Virus record (IMG/VR): IMGVR_UViG_3300038317_000068
Source of the DNA: a virus
Strand: one strand, 5' to 3'
Length of the DNA stretch: 55,634 bases
Part shown: positions 1 through 7,497 of the stretch, piece after piece
How positions within the stretch are numbered: position 1 is the first letter of the stretch
Layout: each line of letters starts with the position of its first letter
Notes under the pieces: generated by a model
Database searches by the model: none
Told to the model about the DNA's origin: nothing
Seen by the model: only the letters and a program-made list of their open reading frames with translations
Made by a program: the position numbers and the translations under genes

Positions 1-98
1 GTTATCAAGTTTGTATCCTTCTTTTAATCTACCTGTAATTTCCTTTACATAACTTCGAGTTGTTGGCTTAAAGTGTGTGTCAGCTTTTACATTCAGAT
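1..98. repeat. Left copy of an exact 98-bp terminal direct repeat (identical to 55537-55634); assembly overlap of a circular or circularly permuted genome
   Basis: Base-by-base comparison of both ends: gttatcaagtttgtatcc...cagcttttacattcagat. Confidence 0.97.
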
Positions 99-666
99 AA
101 TCTATAACTGCATTTACCGTATTACAGTTATTAAGATTAAACAAAGATGGACTCTCTTTTTCTTCTTCCTTTTTTATTTTTCCTTTTTTATTATTTGTAC
201 CCCCTGCAAGGTGTACCCCTCCACCCTGCAAGGTGTACCCCTCCACCCTGCAAGGTGTACCCCCTTGTAAGGGGTCACCCTCTGTAAGGTGTATCTCTTC
301 TTCTTTCAAAGTGGCTTTTAAGAATTTATTTATTAGTGGAGTCTGATAAACTTCCAACCTAACAATATTATAAATATTAGTTGTGCCAGCCCTGTTCACT
401 TTTTCTACAAGCCCAGCATTAATCAGTTCATCAAGATATGGGCTTATATTTTTCGGTTTTTTAATACCAATTTCATCACATAAAAGTTGTTGACTCATAA
501 AACAACTGTCCTTCTGCATTGCGTGCATCGACATAATACTATATAATAATCGTGCCTGTATTGTTAGGTCTGTGCATATTAGCAAGCAATTCGGTATTTG
601 TGTAAAGCCATGCACTTTCCATTTATCTTTATCATTGAAACTAAATTGTATCATATCTTCCAACAT
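1..666 (-). CDS. Replication initiator / replisome organizer (DnaD-like), N-terminal 222 codons. The ORF leaves the left edge and continues at 55536..55303 across the circular junction (299 aa in total).
   Basis: ATG at 666-664 follows AGGAGGAA (671-678). My translation starts MLEDMIQFSFNDKDKWKVHGFTQ. A winged-helix-like segment reads IQARLLYSIMSMHAMQKDSCFMSQQLLCDEIGIKKPKNISPYLDELINAGLVEKV. The frame is continuous with ORF 55303..55485 through the 98-bp overlap. Confidence 0.85.
   Translation of the reverse strand, partial: MLEDMIQFSFNDKDKWKVHGFTQIPNCLLICTDLTIQARLLYSIMSMHAMQKDSCFMSQQLLCDEIGIKKPKNISPYLDELINAGLVEKVNRAGTTNIYNIVRLEVYQTPLINKFLKATLKEEEIHLTEGDPLQGGTPCRVEGYTLQGGGVHLAGGTNNKKGKIKKEEEKESPSLFNLNNCNTVNAVIDYLNVKADTHFKPTTRSYVKEITGRLKEGYKLDN
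152..189. other. 38-nt uninterrupted polypyrimidine (plus strand), AT-rich tract next to the iterons; candidate DNA-unwinding element
   Basis: ctctctttttcttcttccttttttatttttcctttttt contains no purine. Confidence 0.5.
204..297. repeat. Iteron array inside the initiator gene: three perfect 22-bp direct repeats plus two degenerate copies; candidate origin of replication
   Basis: ctgcaaggtgtacccctccacc occurs at 204 and 226. A third copy at 248 is truncated after its 15-nt core ctgcaaggtgtaccc. Degenerate cores ttgtaaggggtcaccc (265) and ctgtaaggtgtatctc (282) follow. The 22-nt period is not a multiple of 3, so the repeat is read in three different frames. Confidence 0.75.
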
Positions 667-720
667 TAATTCCTCCTTTTTATACAGGTAATAAGGGGGC
701 ATATCCCAGCCCCCTTCATA

Positions 721-927
721 TTATTGTTCTGCACCAACAATTTCATCAACTTGTTTTTCAACTTCGGCTTCAACTGTGTTCCATGCTTTCCTTTTTACAT
801 CTTCCACATTGTCATTTCCCTCAACCTCAATTTCAATTTCACAAGCCACCTTATGCCATGGTCCGTTCTGCCCACCAGTTTGAAAACTTGTTCCATATCC
901 TGCTCTGAATGCTTTTACTTTTGCCAT
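721..927 (-). CDS. Hypothetical protein (68 aa)
   Basis: ORF track; TAA stop; start overlaps the stop of the upstream gene (coupling). Confidence 0.6.
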   Translation of the reverse strand: MAKVKAFRAGYGTSFQTGGQNGPWHKVACEIEIEVEGNDNVEDVKRKAWNTVEAEVEKQVDEIVGAEQ

Positions 928-1196
928 TAAAACTTCGCCTCCTCTTTTACTTCTTCAACTGGGGTTCCTTTTAACAAGGTATTTTCTATTTTAGGTTCAG
1001 TCTCAAGGTTTTCAATTTTAACCGTTACTCTACCATAAAAAGTCACACCGTCTGAATATTCTTTAATGCCCATCATGTTCATTATTTCTTCGCTCAACTT
1101 TTTACCATTTACTTCGATTGCATAACTGTCAAGTTCAACCTTACCAGTGCCCTCAACCTGTAAAGTACCACCTTTTTTAATATCTGGCTTTGCCAT
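927..1196 (-). CDS. Hypothetical protein (89 aa)
   Basis: ORF track; tightly packed between neighbouring genes. Confidence 0.6.
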   Translation of the reverse strand: MAKPDIKKGGTLQVEGTGKVELDSYAIEVNGKKLSEEIMNMMGIKEYSDGVTFYGRVTVKIENLETEPKIENTLLKGTPVEEVKEEAKF

Positions 1197-1197
1197 A

Positions 1198-1584
1198 TTA
1201 TTTATCCCCCTTCTTTGATTTCTTAACCTTTTTTACAGTAAGTGTTTCAACTGGAGTAACAACTGCACAGTCTTCGAACTTAACTGCATTTACTTCATTC
1301 TTGTAAATCATGTCCTCCAGTACCTTTTCATCAACCACTTCAACGGTCTTAATACACTGGGTAAGTCCTAAATCCTTAAGCCTTTGCAATAACTTGTCTT
1401 GATTCATTGATGATTTTTCATAATTGTTGTAAACTGCTTTAATGTCATCAACTTCAAAGTCCTTAAGGTTGCCAGCCCTCATGTCTGCTTTAATACTGGC
1501 ATTAAGTTTGCTCTTTTCTGAAGTTAAACTTTTCACCTGTGTATCAACTTCATAATACTTTGTAACTTTTTCCTTGAGTTCCAC
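1198..1584 (-). CDS. Hypothetical coiled-coil protein (128 aa); first gene after a class II promoter
   Basis: GTG start 7 nt after GGAGGGG; Lys/Glu-rich N-terminal helix. Confidence 0.65.
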   Translation of the reverse strand: MELKEKVTKYYEVDTQVKSLTSEKSKLNASIKADMRAGNLKDFEVDDIKAVYNNYEKSSMNQDKLLQRLKDLGLTQCIKTVEVVDEKVLEDMIYKNEVNAVKFEDCAVVTPVETLTVKKVKKSKKGDK

Positions 1585-1613
1585 TTGAACCCCTCCTTTT
1601 ACTTATTTTGTTG

Positions 1614-1652
1614 TTACATTAAATATATAAGAAAAAGCCAGCTTTTTTAAAG
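1614..1652 (-). promoter_or_regulatory. Class II phage promoter
   Basis: Minus strand: GCTTTAA-N17-TATATATTTAATGTAA, upstream of CDS 1584. Confidence 0.7.
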
Positions 1653-1659
1653 CTGGCTC
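1631..1659 (-). terminator. Rho-independent terminator whose hairpin carries the -35 box of the next promoter
   Basis: Minus strand: AGCCAGCTT-TAAAA-AAGCTGGCT followed by TTTTT. Confidence 0.7.
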
Positions 1660-1680
1660 ATAAAAAATTTATATAATATT

Positions 1681-1989
1681 TTATTTTCTCCATCTGTGAG
1701 TTCCTCGTTCTCGTATTAGTTGCCCCCTTTCGCCCCATAGGTAACTATTAAACTCACTCATTTCACCATACTTGATATTTTCCCCGAACTTTTGCAATGC
1801 TGGAATATCCTGTTCTTTAAAATATCGTGTGCCCCTTTTATCAAGATGATAAACTTTTGGCAACTGCTTACTTTTATCCCCTGTATAGTCGACCCACTCA
1901 TACCAGTGCTTTATTGTCTGAGGGCTTTTATTAATAAGTTTTGCCGCCTCTCCAATTTTATAATATTTTACACCATCTATAATTTTCAT
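1681..1989 (-). CDS. MerR/excisionase-type helix-turn-helix DNA-binding protein (102 aa)
   Basis: YYKIGEAAKLINKSPQTIKHWYEW is a typical HTH_17/MerR N-terminal motif. Confidence 0.6.
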   Translation of the reverse strand: MKIIDGVKYYKIGEAAKLINKSPQTIKHWYEWVDYTGDKSKQLPKVYHLDKRGTRYFKEQDIPALQKFGENIKYGEMSEFNSYLWGERGQLIRERGTHRWRK

Positions 1990-2013
1990 GCCACAGCCCT
2001 CCTTTCTTGTTTA

Positions 2014-2473
2014 CTATTTTAATTTTATTGCTTCTCCTACTGTGCCGCCCAGTGCATCCCATAAATAATTATGTTCAGCAACCGCATCATGAAAATCACC
2101 TTTTACCCACCTGTTAAGCATGTTCAATAATACTTGTTTGTCATAATAATTACTCTTTGTTACTTCAACAATCAGCTTATTGCACAGGCTGGGGGGTAAT
2201 GTCTTCCTTGCCCCATATTTCGCCATCCTTTGCGATAATTTTAGTATTCGCCATTTTGTGCATCTCATCATATACTTCATCTTCTGGTCTTACCCTTATA
2301 CTGTTATCACTGGCTATTTTTTCGGGGTTCTTAACCAGTTCCTCATATTTTGTATTATTTTGTTCAACTATTTTGTGCTTCGTCACAACATATCCTCCAA
2401 TACATGCAACTATAAGCACAACAACCGAACAAGCCACTGCCAACCGTTTTCCGTTTAACCTGTACCGCTTCAT
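2014..2473 (-). pseudogene. Membrane-anchored protein split by a +1 frame change in a C6 run (G6 on the plus strand, 2191-2196); joins ORFs 2177..2473 and 2014..2280
   Basis: The 460 nt are one base more than 153 codons. Removing one C gives a continuous ...GEIWGKEDITPSLCNKLIVEVTKSNYYDKQVLLNMLNRWVKGDFHDAVAEHNYLWDALGG. N-terminal TM segment: LAVACSVVVLIVACIGGYVV. Confidence 0.6.
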
Positions 2474-2525
2474 AACTGTTCCTCCTTTTTAAAGTGTGGG
2501 GTGGGTTGCCAGCCCCTTTGTTTTA

Positions 2526-4238
2526 TTATCCAACTAACCAATCAACCATTTTACTTCTGTCAGCCTTATTGATTTTGCCATCTACAAGCATGTCAGCCAT
2601 CTCACCCTTTTCGTCTACAATCTCCCTAATCCTTTCATCGATTGTATCCTTGCAAACTATTGTTATAATATTTACTGTGCCAGTGGTTCCGATTCTGTGT
2701 GCCCTGTCTTCTGCTTGGTCTTTATTTGCCTTATTCCATGGCTCATCTAAGAATATAACTGTTTGCCCTGCTGTAAGTGTTAAGCCTGTGCCCATTGCAC
2801 CAATCGTTCCGATAATAACTTTACATTTATCATCATTTTGGAACCTGTCAACTTCATGCTGTCTGTCTTTTACTGTGCCTGTGATATATGCTGGGTTATA
2901 AACCTTAAGTTTTGCCTTTGCTATTTTAGTAACCTCTTCCCAGTTACTAAATATAATCACCTTGCCACCTTCTGCTGTGGCATCTTCAACAAGTTCAATC
3001 ATTCTGTCCATTTTAGCACTTTCAGCAATACTACTGCTTAAAATACCAGTCCAACCCGTCGCCTGTCTTAATCTTATAAGTTGTGCCAGTGGGTTCGGGC
3101 TTACCTTAATCTTATCAATATCTGCCTTTATTGCATCCCTTACCTGTTTATATAGTAAAGTTTGCTTTGCTGTCATTTCAACATATTCTGTTGTATGAAC
3201 CTTTTCTGGCAAATCAAGCACATCACATTTTAATCGCCTTAACATTACATTGTCAAGTTCTTGCCTTAATTCGGCGAGGTTCTTGTAACCAACTACTTCA
3301 TATCCACCATAGCCACCCATTACACAATATCTATTTCTAAATTGATAGAAACTATGATGTTCAACGTCCAACCATTTAAGCACATTATATAAATCAAGTG
3401 GCTGGTTCATAAGTGGGGTTCCTGTAAGTGCCATCTTGTAATAACTCTTAAGGTTGTGTATTGCTTTTCCCTGCTGGCTTTGTGCATTTTTACATTTATG
3501 AATCTCATCTATAATAACCATGCCGATTGTTCCATTACTGCACATGTCTTCAAGTTTTTTACTTACTGCCGCATCCCTTAAGGTTTCAACATTGGTAACT
3601 AAAAAATAATACTTACTGTAAATGCTTTGTCCATCTGCAATAAGGTTCAAGTCCTTAAGTCTATCCTTTACACTGCCAACTTCCATTTCGCCCTTTGCAT
3701 TTATAAAGCTACCTATTATATGCCCTTTCTCGTTGCTGTGTGTGCCTATCTCGTTAAGCCAGTTCCATTTTAAACCATTTACACCACACACAATCAAAGT
3801 ATGCTTAAACTGGCTTTTTCTTGATACTGCAATGTCTATCGCTTGCTTTGTTTTACCTAATCCCTGTTCATCACCGAGTAAAAATTTATTATGTGCAAGC
3901 CCATAATTAAATCCTTCAATTTGATGCTGGTATGGGGTTGTCTTAAATGTATAATCATTTCCGTCAACCTTATCAAACATTACTCGATTTTCAACTTTTG
4001 CCGCAACCTTTGTATTTACCTTTCCACTGATATTAATCTCTTGGTCGCTAAATAGTGCAACCACATTATTTATTTCAGCCACAGGCACTTCCCATTCATG
4101 AGTCGCTGGTATATAATGCCTTTTCGGTAAACTTTTAATCTTGCTTACACTATCAAGGCTATAAGGAAAACTCACATATAGGCTTTCTTTAGTTTTCAAG
4201 TTTGTGGCTTTTTTCTGTTTTATAGTTATCATTTTCAA
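2526..4238 (-). CDS. SNF2/RAD54-family DNA helicase or translocase (570 aa)
   Basis: Motif I DEQGLGKTKQAI; motif II IIDEIHKCKN; motif III LTGTPLMN; motif VI QAEDRAHRIGTTGTV. Confidence 0.9.
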   Translation of the reverse strand: MKMITIKQKKATNLKTKESLYVSFPYSLDSVSKIKSLPKRHYIPATHEWEVPVAEINNVVALFSDQEINISGKVNTKVAAKVENRVMFDKVDGNDYTFKTTPYQHQIEGFNYGLAHNKFLLGDEQGLGKTKQAIDIAVSRKSQFKHTLIVCGVNGLKWNWLNEIGTHSNEKGHIIGSFINAKGEMEVGSVKDRLKDLNLIADGQSIYSKYYFLVTNVETLRDAAVSKKLEDMCSNGTIGMVIIDEIHKCKNAQSQQGKAIHNLKSYYKMALTGTPLMNQPLDLYNVLKWLDVEHHSFYQFRNRYCVMGGYGGYEVVGYKNLAELRQELDNVMLRRLKCDVLDLPEKVHTTEYVEMTAKQTLLYKQVRDAIKADIDKIKVSPNPLAQLIRLRQATGWTGILSSSIAESAKMDRMIELVEDATAEGGKVIIFSNWEEVTKIAKAKLKVYNPAYITGTVKDRQHEVDRFQNDDKCKVIIGTIGAMGTGLTLTAGQTVIFLDEPWNKANKDQAEDRAHRIGTTGTVNIITIVCKDTIDERIREIVDEKGEMADMLVDGKINKADRSKMVDWLVG

Positions 4239-4278
4239 CCCTCCATCAAGTTTTATCGCTTATTTACTTTACAAGTAT

Positions 4279-4307
4279 ATTATATAATAATATGTAGTAA
4301 AATGCAA
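4279..4307 (-). promoter_or_regulatory. Class I (sigma-A consensus-like) promoter
   Basis: Minus strand: TTGCAT-N17-TATAAT, upstream of the SNF2 gene. Confidence 0.75.
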
Positions 4308-4317
4308 TAGAGAAATT

Positions 4318-4350
4318 AAAAAAAAACAAGGGGCTTTATTTGCCCCCTGT
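4318..4350 (-). terminator. Rho-independent terminator
   Basis: Minus strand: CAGGGGGC-AAATAAA-GCCCCTTG followed by a T9 run. Confidence 0.75.
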
Positions 4351-4353
4351 TTT

Positions 4354-5172
4354 TTACTTTGCTTCTGCTGTTTGTTCCTGTTTGTCATCTTCTGGCTTTG
4401 CTGGTTCTGCTGGCTTTTTCCTAAATGAAAATCCTTGTTCAAGCATTTCAACCGCTGTGTCATACTGTTCAGTCTTTGTTACTTTGTAAACACTATCAAG
4501 AGTCCAGCCATAAGTGTCGGGTACTACTTTGCACAAGTCCATATTTTTAGCACTGAGGCTCTGGCTGTTAAGGTTTATCCTTATGCCTTTTTTCTGTAAT
4601 GTAACTTCTGCAATATTTCTCTTGTCAACATATAAACCAACATATCCACCAGTTGCCCTCTTTACTGCACCCATCTCAACCATATGGTCAACCATGTTAT
4701 TAAACATTTGCTGTATTGCTGGGTCAACTGCTTGCTTTCCTCTGCCCCTGTGTTCTGGCTTGCTGTCTGCTGGTTTATTTTCTGAGGCTGGGGTTTCATC
4801 CTTCTTGTCTGTGTCATCTGCTGGCTTTTCGTTGTTGTTGGTATCAACTGGGGCTTCTTCCTGCTTTTCTGTTTCAACTATCTTGCCGTCTGCTGGGTTT
4901 TCTTCCTGTGCCTCGTGTAATTGTACCTCCATATTTCCGTCCTCCTTGTTGGCTTCTGCCACATTATTTTCTTCCTGTACTGCTGGGGTTGCTGGTTCTG
5001 CTTCTGCAACTAATTTCCACCATCTGCCTAATGTGCTTTCGCTTACCATTTTAGTTCCACCGTCTGCAAGTGTAAGTTCAACCTTGTCGCCTATTGCTGT
5101 AACTGTACCTTTCTGTCCGCTTACCTTTCTGCTTTCAAATACCTGTCCGAGTTTTACATTTTCCATTGTCAT
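4354..5172 (-). CDS. Early protein of unknown function with an acidic low-complexity centre (272 aa)
   Basis: ORF track; RBS AAGGGAG; preceded by two tandem class I promoters; central E/D/P/K-rich linker. Confidence 0.7.
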   Translation of the reverse strand: MTMENVKLGQVFESRKVSGQKGTVTAIGDKVELTLADGGTKMVSESTLGRWWKLVAEAEPATPAVQEENNVAEANKEDGNMEVQLHEAQEENPADGKIVETEKQEEAPVDTNNNEKPADDTDKKDETPASENKPADSKPEHRGRGKQAVDPAIQQMFNNMVDHMVEMGAVKRATGGYVGLYVDKRNIAEVTLQKKGIRINLNSQSLSAKNMDLCKVVPDTYGWTLDSVYKVTKTEQYDTAVEMLEQGFSFRKKPAEPAKPEDDKQEQTAEAK

Positions 5173-5235
5173 TATTAATACACTCCCTTTTAAAGTTTTT
5201 TAACTGTGTGAGGTTCATTCCCTCGCTACAATTAT

Positions 5236-5264
5236 ATTATATAATAATATGTAGGTAATTGCAA
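5236..5264 (-). promoter_or_regulatory. Class I promoter (proximal of a tandem pair)
   Basis: Minus strand: TTGCAA-N17-TATAAT. Confidence 0.75.
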
Positions 5265-5341
5265 CTCCTTTTTTAAAAATTCTTGAAGTTTTTTTTAAGT
5301 TTTTTTATCAGGGTTGCTTGTCTTTCTTTTACTGTAATTAT

Positions 5342-5370
5342 ATTATATAATAATATGATTATAAATGCAA
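5342..5370 (-). promoter_or_regulatory. Class I promoter (distal of a tandem pair)
   Basis: Minus strand: TTGCAT-N17-TATAAT. Confidence 0.75.
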
Positions 5371-5389
5371 TACCTTTTCATAAAAAAGA

Positions 5390-5424
5390 TAAAAAAAATA
5401 AGGAGGTTCATCGCCTCCTTATTT
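5390..5424 (-). terminator. Rho-independent terminator
   Basis: Minus strand: ATAAGGAGG-CGATGAA-CCTCCTTAT followed by a T8 run. Confidence 0.75.
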
Positions 5425-5425
5425 T

Positions 5426-5758
5426 TTAACCAACTGCACTATTATTAAATTTTCCATCATCAAGCAAATCCTTTGCTTTCTGATATAGCCAATGCACCAC
5501 AGGTCTCAAGGCTTCTGGGTCTCTAATAAATACCTTTACCCTTGCTGACAATATAAAGTATAAATGTTCGCAAACCCAGTCCTCTTGTTCCTTGCCACTT
5601 TGCAATACTGCATCCTTTGCCTTACTTTTGGCTCTGAGCATTGCTTGGAAAGCAAGTGTTTTAAAATTATTCCATTCAGCAATCGCATAAACTGCAACCG
5701 CTACAACCACAGCGATAACAAATCGCCAGTCCCATAATACAGCACCGATGTTATTCAT
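5426..5758 (-). CDS. Single-pass membrane protein (110 aa); possible holin-like or lysis accessory protein
   Basis: N-terminal TM segment WRFVIAVVVAVAVYAIAEW; own class II promoter and terminator; lies directly downstream of the endolysin. Confidence 0.6.
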   Translation of the reverse strand: MNNIGAVLWDWRFVIAVVVAVAVYAIAEWNNFKTLAFQAMLRAKSKAKDAVLQSGKEQEDWVCEHLYFILSARVKVFIRDPEALRPVVHWLYQKAKDLLDDGKFNNSAVG

Positions 5759-5780
5759 AACATCGCCTCCTTATTTTTTA

Positions 5781-5819
5781 TTACATTAAATATATATTAA
5801 AGGCTGGCATTTATTAAAG
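5781..5819 (-). promoter_or_regulatory. Class II phage promoter
   Basis: Minus strand: CACTTTAA-N17-TATATATTTAATGTAA. Confidence 0.7.
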
Positions 5820-5843
5820 TGCCAGCCTTAAACTTTTTATCCA

Positions 5844-7100
5844 TTACTGGATTTTAATCTTTTGTCCTACATAAATTTTATTCGGGTCAGCAATACCGTT
5901 TATCTGTGCAAGATGTTGATAAGTTGTATGGTATTTTGAAGCAATTCTTGAAAGTGAATCGCCGCCTTGCACTGTGTAAACAATACTTGAAGGAGCGGTT
6001 GAAGTTGCTGAACCTGTAACTTTCAACTTTTGTCCTGCATAAATTTTATTCGGGTCACTTAAACCATTTATTTCAGCAAGATGTTGATAAGTTGTGCCAT
6101 ACCTTGAAGCAATGCCAGAAAGTGTATCTCCAGATTTTACAGTGTAATAATTATTACTTGCTGGGGCTGGGGCACTTACTGAGGCACTGCCACCAACTGA
6201 AATATAATCTGCACTCACGAATCCACCATGGTCACCAAAATAAATACTCCACCAACCATTCGATTTAAAATCAAGTCTTACCCTTGCACCCTTTTTAAGT
6301 TGTCCAATTACTGAATGATTTGTTCCTGCACCATTACGAACATTTAATACATCGGCTGTAACTGTGCCATAAGTGTTATTAAGATGTTCGATTGCTGGCT
6401 GTGGGGCTGGGGTTACTGGGGTCGGATTTACTGGGGTTGCTGGGGTATTTTTACCATATCCATTCAAACCAGCTTTTTTAATTATGGCATCAAAATCTTC
6501 ATAACTTACATCCAAATCACAACCGCCATTTACACCAGCAAATCTTCCACCAGTTTCTCCGAACTGGCTTTGCCACATTGCACAGTTTAAATCTGGCTTG
6601 TCAACTGCTGGTCTTGCGAACCAGAAAGTGTAATTTTTCAACTGGTCTGCATATAAATGATTAATGCACCAATCTTTATTCGTATACCAGCCAACATAAT
6701 AACCAGCTTTTTCCATTTGTGAGCAGAAGGCTTTTATAATATCTGTAATGGTTTGTCTCGAAGGCATCCCATGCTTTGCCTTATAACCATCAGCATCTTC
6801 CATGTCGATATATATAGGGTAAGAAGGTTTTCTGCCCCTTAATAGTCTCAACACATGATTTACTTCACCAGTAACACCTTCAACATGAAGAGCATAACTA
6901 TAAAGGTAAACCCCATAAGGTATTCCCAGTCTTTCACATTCACTCGCATTTCTTGCAAACTGGTTGTCATCCTGTGATGCTTCATCTTGCCCAAATCCAC
7001 ATCTTAAAAGTGCAAAGTTAAGCCCTGCCGCTTTTGCTTGTTCCCAGTTTACAATTCCATTGTGTCCTGATACGTCAATTCCTTTAAACACATAAATCAC
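5844..7100 (-). CDS. Endolysin: GH25 muramidase + SH3-like domain + two LysM repeats (418 aa)
   Basis: N-terminus [29 protein letters not shown] (GH25). Two near-identical LysM units: [43 protein letters not shown] and [43 protein letters not shown]. Confidence 0.92.
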   Translation of the reverse strand: MIYVFKGIDVSGHNGIVNWEQAKAAGLNFALLRCGFGQDEASQDDNQFARNASECERLGIPYGVYLYSYALHVEGVTGEVNHVLRLLRGRKPSYPIYIDMEDADGYKAKHGMPSRQTITDIIKAFCSQMEKAGYYVGWYTNKDWCINHLYADQLKNYTFWFARPAVDKPDLNCAMWQSQFGETGGRFAGVNGGCDLDVSYEDFDAIIKKAGLNGYGKNTPATPVNPTPVTPAPQPAIEHLNNTYGTVTADVLNVRNGAGTNHSVIGQLKKGARVRLDFKSNGWWSIYFGDHGGFVSADYISVGGSASVSAPAPASNNYYTVKSGDTLSGIASRYGTTYQHLAEINGLSDPNKIYAGQKLKVTGSATSTAPSSIVYTVQGGDSLSRIASKYHTTYQHLAQINGIADPNKIYVGQKIKIQ

Positions 7101-7103
7101 TCC

Positions 7104-7421
7104 TTATAATAATTTCATAATTTCTGGGGCTATTTTAATCCCCACAAGTGCCAGAATTGCAATGAGTAAAACAACAATTATTTTACCCAGCTTATCCGTC
7201 AGTTTCCATGTTTTTTCATTGTGGTCTTGCAATGTTGCCAGCACGTCATTTTTAACATTGGAAAATTCAGTTCTTAAACTCTTGATGTCGGATTTTACTT
7301 CCACATCAACAACATTCATTTTCTTCACCTTTTCTTCCAATTTTTCTATTCTGTCTTCTACACTGCTAACCCGTCGAACCAGTTCACCCATAGAAACCTT
7401 ATTTTGATTTACATCTTCCAT
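7104..7421 (-). CDS. xhlA: XhlA-like lysis-associated membrane protein (105 aa from the internal ATG)
   Basis: ATG at 7421 follows AAGGAGGAGG; coiled-coil N-terminus plus C-terminal TM segment KIIVVLLIAILALVGIKIA; immediately upstream of the endolysin. Confidence 0.65.
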   Translation of the reverse strand: MEDVNQNKVSMGELVRRVSSVEDRIEKLEEKVKKMNVVDVEVKSDIKSLRTEFSNVKNDVLATLQDHNEKTWKLTDKLGKIIVVLLIAILALVGIKIAPEIMKLL

Positions 7422-7444
7422 GTCGACCTCCTCCTTGATTAACC

Positions 7445-7483
7445 AATCATTAAATATATAAGAAAATAAGATAATTATTAAAG
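7445..7483 (-). promoter_or_regulatory. Class II phage promoter (upstream of the lysis genes)
   Basis: Minus strand: CACTTTAA-N17-TATATATTTAATGATT. Confidence 0.65.
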
Positions 7484-7497
7484 TGGTTAAAAGGATT

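Noticed and set aside
204-297. The 22-bp direct repeats as a CRISPR array or a protein-level tandem repeat
   Set aside because: The repeats abut each other without spacers, and there are only three perfect copies. They lie inside an ORF. The period is not divisible by three, so no peptide repeat results. An iteron interpretation fits better.
1681-1989. The MerR/excisionase-like HTH protein as evidence of a lysogeny module
   Set aside because: No integrase, CI-like repressor or attP-like repeat is present anywhere in the circle. The gene sits at the end of an early operon and is more simply a transcription regulator.
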